A DNA stretch of 60,257 bases from Podarcis erhardii (taxonomy: Eukaryota): the NCBI GenBank assembly GCA_964252035.1, contig CAXUOO010000130.1; one strand, given 5' to 3'. Within the stretch, counting starts at the first letter, position 1. Every line of letters begins with the position of its first letter. Both the position numbers and the translations under genes were made by a program. Of this stretch, positions 51,220-60,257 are shown in pieces. The notes beneath the pieces are model-generated. The model was not told the DNA's origin, made no database searches, and saw only the letters and a list, made by a program, of their open reading frames with translations.

Positions 51220-52082
51220 TGCAAACCCAGCATAGCTGTGTACACGCGAGCAAGACCGTTTCACAGTGATTTTAACCCCACTTTCCTTGAAATCGAATGG
51301 CTAAATCAATAGAAGCATTCTCCAGCACACAATAAGGCAGAATAGGACTTACGAGCAGCATCGCTCCCATTGCTGACACACCCTGAGAGTACAAGGAAAT
51401 TGTAGTAATTCCAAATTGTTCGCGCAAATATACAATTGCCTGCAGCAGATCCAGAGATGCCTGGCAGCCGAGCTGATCTTCAAAGCCGCTCTTGCAGCTT
51501 TTCTCGAAGCTGCAGCTATCAACAGAGGCCACATCTTGCTTGCGTGAGAAAACAGGTGAGAGCTCACCGCAGCCTTTCAAATCGAGCAGCAAGAAATGGT
51601 GGGTTTTTCGCAATCCCGTCTGCAGCATAAACAGCAGCGCACATCCAAGTGCGAAAGTAGACTACGAGTGATAATGATGATAATGACTGCTACACCGAGT
51701 AGCATGAGTGGCCGAACCTGTTGAAAAAAAAAATCAATCTGGAACGTAATGCGAAAACGACATTTGGGGTCATAACAAGTTGGTGAATCTAATTGAATAA
51801 TGCGGATTCCGTTAAACTGGATGTGTTGCATACGTAAAGAAGAAATCGCAAGAACACAAATTTGTCTCATTATATGTGTGTATAGTAGTTCATGTAATAA
51901 ATCTTTGCGTACGCAAGACATGCTGTGAAAGAGAATATTTAAGAGTTGCTGCTCAGTGACGTATAACAGGAAAAGCGCTTCGAACATGCACTGCAGAGTA
52001 CAAAGTGTTATAGCTACACGTGCCTCCGCTACCATATATACATAAGTCAAATATACGTTGATAGAGCTACATGTAAGCACTC

Positions 52083-52139
<57 letters not shown>

Positions 52140-55100
52140 CATCCTCGCATTGACATATATACATACACATCTGTGACATTCTTGAAAAAACAGGGGTTGA
52201 AGATAAGACATAAAGTAAAGGATAAAGAGTACAAAGAATACGAAGACACCACATCAAAAAAGGAGATCGAATCGTACAAGGGAGAAAGAGACTATACACT
52301 TAGTAGCGCAAATGCGCACTATGAGAAAGAAACAATGAAAAAGACTGGAACAGGCACAGATACCTTGGGAGAATCCAAGGAGAAAACGAGCAGATGACCC
52401 GACACAAATTTAAATCAATCTCAAGTTTGTAGGAGCAATGCAACAGCACAGGGCAGTATTCACAGCAGCTATTAGGCGTGCGCACACCAATTCAAGTTTG
52501 ACCAACAAACGTCCAAAAAACGCTCCCAAGCGAAGCCATGTTTGATCTGCGAAACAAATGGAGTAGGTTTAAGTTCTGCGGTGAGAGGTACTCGCAAGAT
52601 TCCAAGTTCTTAACGAAGCGTCAGCGTCATTGCCGGACGATCCTTATGCAAGTAGTATTATGAAAAGTAATAGTTCTGTTTCGTCGTTGTCAGCTCAACA
52701 ATTATAACGGAAGTCTGTAAGAAGCTAAAAAGTGAGACCTTTCTGCTCTATAGTCAAGCAGTGCTTGGCTGCCGTGCACAAGCACTAACTTGTCTGTGAG
52801 CTTGCTGGATGACAGTATAGAGATATTTGTGCTCAGATACCAATGGGATATAGATGTTCGCGCGAAAGTATTATACTCATTAGAAGTGTCATTGATGATT
52901 TTTACGTATTCGCACACTCACGCTTGCAGTTTTGCCATAGGTGAATGTAAAATGAGGTGCAATATCATGTGTATCCGCATGTACACAAACGTGAACCAGA
53001 ATTGAGTACCTTTTCTGCAATATTCAGAAACGGTAGACACGCCTGCCGATTGGCAAGCCATCCGTGAGTGCAGATGATGGCTTTTCGGGAGCTTTGATCT
53101 TCAGCAGGAATAAACCATCCTTTAAGCACCCCACGTGTAGATGCATTTTTGCTGCTTATGCTGCTGCAAACTGGTGTGCCTTCTCCCTCGTCGATAGCAT
53201 TTTTGTTTGACTCTTCAACTGCAGAAAAGTCGCAGCTGGCGCTGAAAGCTGCTGTCTCAGCATCTTGCAGATCCGTTTCACTTGCTGCCGAGATATCTGT
53301 TGCAGAAGGAGAGGCAGCTGCAGTGGCGCTGGTGCTGCTGTTACTATTAAGCAGTGGTTGAACCCAAGACGAAATAGGAGGTATGGTTACCTAAACCCAA
53401 TGGCATCACAAAGTCGCACACATTCTCAGATAATGGTAAAAATGGATATTTCTTTTCGAACATCAAATGAATGTCGTTTTTTTTAGTCTCTGAATGTTTT
53501 CTTACTGTACGCTCAGTTTCTGTTTTTTGTCCATCCATACACGAAAAGTGTTCGTTAGCGATGTATGCGTGGGACGCCGCCGAAAGATGTGCCACGGCAG
53601 CGTAAAACATTGTCGTTTTTCAAATTTGTTTACCGATAATGCAAGCTTTTTCACTTGAGGGGATACAGGTTGACGCTATGCAAACTGGTTCTTTCTTCTT
53701 TTAATAATTGGTGCTCCAATGATGTTGCTGCACAAGCTGCATTTCTGATGCTGCCACTCTTCCTTGATGTGAGCGCTGATGTTGTGTTCGTATACTAATA
53801 CTAAACAACAACTGCTCTTCCTCGAGTCGTTACTGGTACAAGTACTAACTTCAGCTTCTCCACATTACATGCTGCTTCAATGGAAACCTGCTAACTCAAA
53901 TTTTTTAGTGTACCTCGTAATACTGGAGATTGAAATTCGATGGAGAAGCATCTTCCGGCAAATTGAGGTGTCTGCAAGAAAGAACAAATCAGCAATATGG
54001 GAATTGTTATTGTATCAACAGCAGCAGCGATGTAGATTGAGCATTTCGAAAAAACTATTTCGAGAAGCGTTCACTTTGGTGTAGTGTTCTGGTCAAACTT
54101 ACGCGCATCAGCTACTGAAAACAGCTCCACATCTGGAAGAAGTTACCACTCGATTACCGTAGAAAAGACCACGCGCCGCAGCGTTGTACAAAGTTGTTCG
54201 CATACGGATATGTGTATGTTGGGTAGGCAGAAAACCGTAGCCATTCGTCAACAAAGCTTCTTCATTGTATCTCAGTACCAACAAGTATACGTACAGATGT
54301 CAAATATGTATCAATGTGTGTGGTAATGTCAAATCGACCACGTAGTGGCTGAAGTCGTCCACATTATCATTTTGAAAAGCGTCAGCAGCGGCTTCAAAAG
54401 AATTTGTGTTCATCTAACAGGGGATGCAACAAACAAAACAAACAGGTGCCTGCCTGACCTGAGAAGATAAGGGTCGTTGAGAGGCACCCTGCTAATAACG
54501 TCGAGATGATTTGGAGAAGAGCACAACGGCAGGAACAGCAAAGAAAGACCGAGAAGATACACTCCGAAGTAATTTCGCAGGCACTGCAGGACCATTTCCA
54601 GCAGTCCTTGCAGCAGCGCTTTGATCTCTGGTTGATGCTGCCTCACTTGCTGTTGCAGCTGTAGCCGCACACACAAGGAGGCTCAAAGCAGCAGCGGACG
54701 CATGAAAGCGTCTAGCGCTGACAATGGTGGAAGAGCAGTGACTTTACTGTAAAATCTCAGATGCTCTATTGCAGCAGTAGCCCAGTCCTCGCGCACAGCA
54801 GCAGGCAATTTGCGACATTGGAGCAACGGCACTGCCTTAAGTATGAATGAAACAAGCATCGAAGGCTCAGCTGCGAGAGCCACAATTATCGAAACACTCA
54901 GCTTACCCTAGAATCACAGACGAAGCAGCACCGAAAAGTTCGTACATACACGCACAGTAAGGGCGTATCGGGCGACAGCGCTCACACACAAAAAGCAGCA
55001 TCTGAGTGATGATCAGCAGACACACGAACAAAAACACCGCGAGCAGATAGCGTTATTACGGGGGCACCTCTGCGGCAGCAAATGTGATTGCTTGTTGAAG

Positions 55101-56534
55101 CAAAATTCACTCATACTCAGAGACAAAACAGTACAAAACTCCGTACACCAACCATCACGCTTCAGGAGGGAGAAATGAGTACATTTGGGGACGATAGACG
55201 TCCGTACACTCGTGACTTGAGAGTCAGACCCACGCTCACACGTCGGCGCCAAAGCAACAAGGACAAAACTTCGATTACTGTGTGCGTATACAAACGGCCA
55301 CTGCCGCCTTCCGCAGGTGCAAGAAGTGCGTGTTCAGATGTCTAGGAGTTCGAGCACCCACACACACATATACACTTGAGCAAATGTACGAGTAGGTTTT
55401 TTCCAAGAAGATCTATCAATGCAGTGAATTTGCGACTGAGTGGGATGCCTGGACGTTCGCGCGCTGCTGAAAAGAGATCAGAGTCTGTGTGTGTCTGCGT
55501 CCGTTAAGTAGCTTCGTGGAACGCAGAAACGAACGCAGGAGTTTGAGAGAAAGAGCATACTTGACGTTTCATCAAGTACAAAAAGGCTCCACTGCCGCGG
55601 ACAGGCTTTTCATGTAAGAGAGCAGCACTAGCAAGAACCGCAGAGCTTTCTGCTGTCGTGCTGCTCAGAAAAAGCTGACGCGGCCAGCGAAAAAACGATA
55701 ATCCACGCCCACAACCTGCAGATCCAACTGTGCACTTTTGCGGGTGTTTCACCAGCGGAATAACTGCAAGTCGAAGCGGACTAGCTGCCGCAGCCGATCC
55801 ACGACTCATCACCGCAGCTGCAGCAACAGCAGCACCAGAAGGCGCAGCAACAGCAGACAAAAGCCGCACCAAGCAGTGAGGCTGCAACAGCGAGGAACCC
55901 AATGACGCAAGGAAAGGGGGGGGGGAACTGCTGCGTTGCTTCAGAGAAGAAGGTTGCGCAACAGCTGCTCCAGCAGCACCTGCACAAGAGGCTGCAAGTC
56001 CAGCCAGATCACTTGCGTTTTTCGCACATGCAGCAGCCGCTGTTCTGGCTGAAGCAGCAGGCCCCACAAGAGCAGAAGCAAGTGGAGAAGAAGGGCTGCG
56101 AGGGCAAAGACAGCGAGACTGCTGCTGTGCGAGTAGGGCGAAGCGTCTGAGATCAGCAGCAGCTGCGGCTTTAGAAGGGCCCCCATAGGGGAGAAGTGAC
56201 GAGGTTAGCTGCAAGGCAGAGCAGGTCTGACAGCAGAAAGTTGAGAAAGAGAAGAGAAGTGCCAGCAACAGCAGCAGCAGCAGCCAGAAGCGCCGAGGGG
56301 GTCCAGGCTGCGCTCTGCTAAGCAGCCACTCGTTTTTGTGTGCAGTGTTCTTGAGGCTGCACTGCAGCGGCTGCAGCAGTGCTGCGCAACTTCATCGCGT
56401 GTGAGAAAAGCTTTCCGTGAAGTCGGCGAGCGAACTGAGTAGGGGTCAGTCTGGAGAACAAACGGTGAAGGAGCATTTGTGCTGCAGCCGCTGCTGACTT
56501 TGTTGTTGTGAGACGGAGGAGACGGTGCCGGCAT
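48972..56534 (-). CDS. Alpha/beta-hydrolase-fold protein (ABHD13/YqkD-like, Hydrolase_4 type), probably membrane-anchored; nucleophile Ser replaced by Gly
   Basis: Exons: 55561-55809 (frame open upstream to ~56391), 55183-55341, 54743-54907, 54459-54658, 53914-53971, 53010-53390, 51353-51619, 50382-50557, 49808-49963, 48972-49290. From the ATG at 55809 they sum to 2130 nt. Motifs: SPSNFNLQYYEVTIP, LKGWFIPA..KAIICTHGWLANRQ, FLLLDLKGCGE, DLLQAIVYLREQFGITTISLYSQGVSA, VVLESP, LVFASKADKLTPW and VFSTGAHCDLARTHPDVYANVLKQF. The hydrophobic stretch YFGVYLLGLSLLFLPL precedes the domain. The start is uncertain: 55809, or 56534 with a 1-nt correction. Confidence 0.8.
51157..51220. repeat. (TA)n microsatellite in a hydrolase-gene intron
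   Basis: Direct reading. A second tract lies at 52088-52137 in the adjacent intron. Confidence 0.95.
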
Positions 56535-59470
56535 TTCGAGAAACGTCACAGGAGGGCGCCACGCCACACGACTGGAGCGACGAATTGACGTTTTACGAGG
56601 AAACAGGATTTTCGCGCGGCCTCCTTGCTTGCAAAGAGCCAGCTTTCTGGCTAGCCCGGAACACGACACAGAAAAGTGTTTTTGCGTGGAGTTGTGCTAT
56701 ATAATCTGGCTGTACTGAAAAAGCAGCGGCGCATCAGCGTACACGCACTCGGGACTTCTTGCCAGCAGCAGTCTATCAGTACTGCTGCGAACACATCTAT
56801 TTACGTCTGTGCAATGGAATGTCTGAACTAATTCCGTCGTCCGTGTGTTCATATATACATATACACTTGTATATGTGTACGGGTAACCTTAAAGAGAACG
56901 ACGCCTCACAACACTTACAGAGGAACGTCTTTCTGTGAAGGGAATAGCCCGTTTTCCACAACTCTCTAGTGTGGCCACGTACGTACTGCTACATGTTTCT
57001 GGGGAGTGAAGGGTGATTCATGAGGTTTTCAGTGACGTTGCAAAATCTGTGGCAAAACGTGCTTTGCGTTTCTGAATCATGGCAGCAGCGAACGCGTATA
57101 GAGTCGCAACCCCGCTCTCCCTTCAACAACATACCCGCATGGGTAGCTGTCCCCAATCTTCAAACATCGGTTTTTTCCACAGTTTTTCGGCAATCGCTAC
57201 TCCAGGACGGAGAAAAATAAGTGTGATGCATACACGTGAGATACCGTTTGTACTCCAGTGCTGAGGAGTCTGCGGATCTGCGCGTACCTTCAACTATCAA
57301 GGAGCACGGAAGACCGCCAATAAATCATTATATACGTATGCTCATTAAAAATTTTTCACTACTTGTGAATGACTAATGCAGACTGTTCACTTCATTTGTT
57401 TCCACGCCCGGCCCCTCTGAAATAGAAGACGAACAACAGACAGACTTAACGTGAATCAAGACTTTTCGCCACTATGACCTGTACTTACGTTCAAATGTCA
57501 TTCGTAAGCCAGACAGAACGTGGCATATTTTGACAGAATCATCGCATGCAATTCTGTCTTTATACTCTCACATTTTACATATCTATGTATAAATAGATGG
57601 GAGTAAGTACATATATATATATATATATATATATATGTACTCATATATAGTGTCTTATGTTTTTGGGCATTTTCCAACGCCCAAGAAACAGAATGGAGAT
57701 CTTGATGTGGAAAGTTACCCATGCATAAAAGTTCGAGATCATATAAAATTTACAAATGTTAATATACTTGATTTTTTGCCTTTATGTGGCTTTAGAAATA
57801 CGTGGAAAAAAAAAGTTGATCTCCTGTTCATGTTCAGCCCACTCTCCCTCCTGTGAAGGTGTAGCAGTATCTAGTAAAACTCTGGTGTGACAATTGTCAG
57901 AGAATTTGTATACGCGAAGGTGCCGTACGGAACAGACACATATACGAGACCGAAAGAATACGGAGTCAACTGCGGAAATGGATTGGAAAGGCTAATCAGA
58001 ATGCATTGCTGAAGAGAAGCGCCAGCTTTCGTTGGCAATTTGTGGCTCAGCCGTTTGATAAGAGAAAGGTATATCGAAGTATCGGGGCAGGCTGAAGACT
58101 TCAAAAAAGTTTTGGGAAGATAAAAGGTTGAGGGTTCAGAAGAATGCAGTAGGATAAATTCGAATGTGAAAGAGGTTTCTTAAGTGAACAGATGAGACGA
58201 ACGAAGAAATTAGTTGAGAACGAAGAAACCCTGCAGATATTGAAAACAAATTCTATAAAGCTCTTCCATATGCGGCGGAAGTAGAAGGAAGAAAAACAGT
58301 TGCGAACGAAAGTCTACCGTTACGTGACAAAAGAGATATGTATCCTGTTACAAAGGGCCTTGAAAAAAATTCAAAAAGCGAAGAGGGGACTTTAAAGTAT
58401 AATAAATTACGTGACACTATCGCGTAGCAGGGTTGCTCAGACACAGCAAGCTTACATAGAACTTTGCAGGAGGTTGAAAAACATACGCAAGTGCTCAAGA
58501 CAAAGACTTAGGGAAGAGGAACTGAAGAGAGTCATAGAGACAGGAATATATGAAGACACACACACGTATACTTTGGGTGGATTTGCATACACGCTATCAA
58601 CGCACAAGGTGTGTACAAAGAGACTCGATCGGTATAAGCTGGCTAATAAATTGTACAAATGTAGGCATTGAATGAACGGAACAGAAAAATTTGTGGGAAA
58701 CAAGTCGTTCAAAGGATACAAAATCCTATCCCAGGCTACACACGGTAAATGCGTAGCACACCAGCAGGAAGCGATGCAGCTGCGACAGCACGAGTAACAG
58801 TGTCTCAGAATAGTAACTGCACGACCGTATGCGAGTGGTGATGATACAAATAATGAAAACTTTCAATTCAGTCGAATATTCATGTGCGTAAAAGCCATAG
58901 TTTTCTTTTCCAAAGTGGGCCCACATCTAAAGCGCAGTATTGATTTATATCATGCAGCAGGCGCAGTATACGCAGCAGCGTTGAAAAGTTGGTTTTAGGA
59001 AGAGCGAGACACGCAAGAAGAAATTCTACAGTGGATCAAGAACAATTTAGAACAAACCCTTCGGCTCTACCAACATCTGAGACAAAGCTATTGAGGCTAG
59101 AGTAAGTCTCAGTAGAGAGTTCTTCAGAGGTTTCTTGCAGAAATCACTGTCTCAGTATGCGAATTTCGCAGCATCATAAGGCAGCATTTGAAAAAACCTT
59201 CACGCAAGATGTGATAATAGACAGAAAGATTCACATACGTTTACGTATATATACGTTTTACATATAAATATATATATATATATACGTATGTAATACAAGG
59301 TAAAAGAGACTTCGTACAACGTACACAGAAGTACAAACATATATACATCACGTATAGATATTAAAATGAAAGCGGTGTACAAAGAATTCAGACGGTCTTG
59401 ACCATTCCCTGCTATATGTCGCTTCTTTGACGAAAGCATTTCAACTCAGGTGAGAATACATGAGATATAC

Positions 59471-59475
<5 letters not shown>

Positions 59476-59512
<37 letters not shown>
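59476..59512. repeat. (TA)n microsatellite
   Basis: Direct reading. Further tracts lie at ~57610-57636 and ~59970-60017. Confidence 0.95.
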
Positions 59513-59515
<3 letters not shown>

Positions 59516-59961
59516 CAAAGTTCAATAGGATTTCAGTAACGTACACAAAATATCTACATATTTTCAAATTAATAGAGACTGTTGAAAAAAAATCACATAT
59601 ATACATGTATTTGACGTGAATAAAGACTTGAGTCAGGTTTTATTATCTGGGAATACCATATTAACTAAAATAGGGCGCGAACTGTGGCAAGCCCTGCCAC
59701 TGCTGCAAGAGCTAAACATGTTGCTAAGCTGCCTCCTCCAACAATATGGACTTATCTGTGAACGAATTCTACGTTTATCTTTGATTAATGAAACATATGA
59801 AGGCCTTAAAAATTAACGAAGATGGTATTTTGTGAACAAAGCAGTTCAAGCGCATATTCATGTGAAAGTCGCCTTTCTAAGGAGATAAAAATAAGTGGGC
59901 CTCTACACCCATATCTTTATATGTACGAGTCTACATAATTTATGGCACCTCAGAATCATTC

Positions 59962-60017
<56 letters not shown>

Positions 60018-60257
60018 GCATTTCATTTTCATATCGTTAATTATACTCATGTGTCAAGTTACTGTTGAGATAGCGTAGATGTCGAGTTCAAACCCTTGCG
60101 GTAAACTTTACGTAATTATTTATGTTTAAAATGCATTCCCGGACTCGGAAATGTCCGTATGCATCCTCTACTGTGAATCCTCTATTTAAAAAAAATGATT
60201 CGCCTTTTACGCTCCGCGAAAAGCTGCCATATTTTTTCTAGGAGCAGGTAGGCTGTC

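Noticed and set aside
52137-52397. K/E-rich plus-strand ORF
   Set aside because: Antisense reading of a pyrimidine-rich intron of the hydrolase gene.
60070-60105. GAGTTCAAACCC resembling a tRNA T-loop
   Set aside because: The T-stem does not pair and no cloverleaf forms.

Overview
Eukaryotic, intron-rich, moderately AT-rich DNA with (TA)n tracts in non-coding regions and CAG/CTG-derived low-complexity coding sequence. The style suggests a coccidian apicomplexan (Eimeriidae-like); this is an inference. I reconstructed five spliced genes by hand using GT-AG sites, phase continuity and remembered family motifs. (1) A DDX20/Gemin3-like DEAD-box helicase (minus, ~16962-30179). (2) A protein with a PDK1-type PH domain and no recognisable kinase domain (plus, ~32593-36752). 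(3) WDR35/IFT121 (minus, 38195-43640), whose exon 5 is one nucleotide short. (4) A trichohyalin-plectin-homology (TPH) coiled-coil axonemal protein, CFAP210-like (plus, 44639-47472), head-to-head with WDR35. (5) A membrane-anchored alpha/beta-hydrolase-fold protein whose nucleophile Ser is replaced by Gly (minus, 48972 to ~55809/56534). The first ~16 kb has no gene I can support. I recognised no tRNA, rRNA, snRNA or CRISPR array. The most unusual structure is a 3 x 138-bp tandem duplication that places two decoy 3' splice sites, each leading to a premature stop, upstream of the true acceptor of the helicase motif VI exon. All homology calls are from memory; no database search was run.
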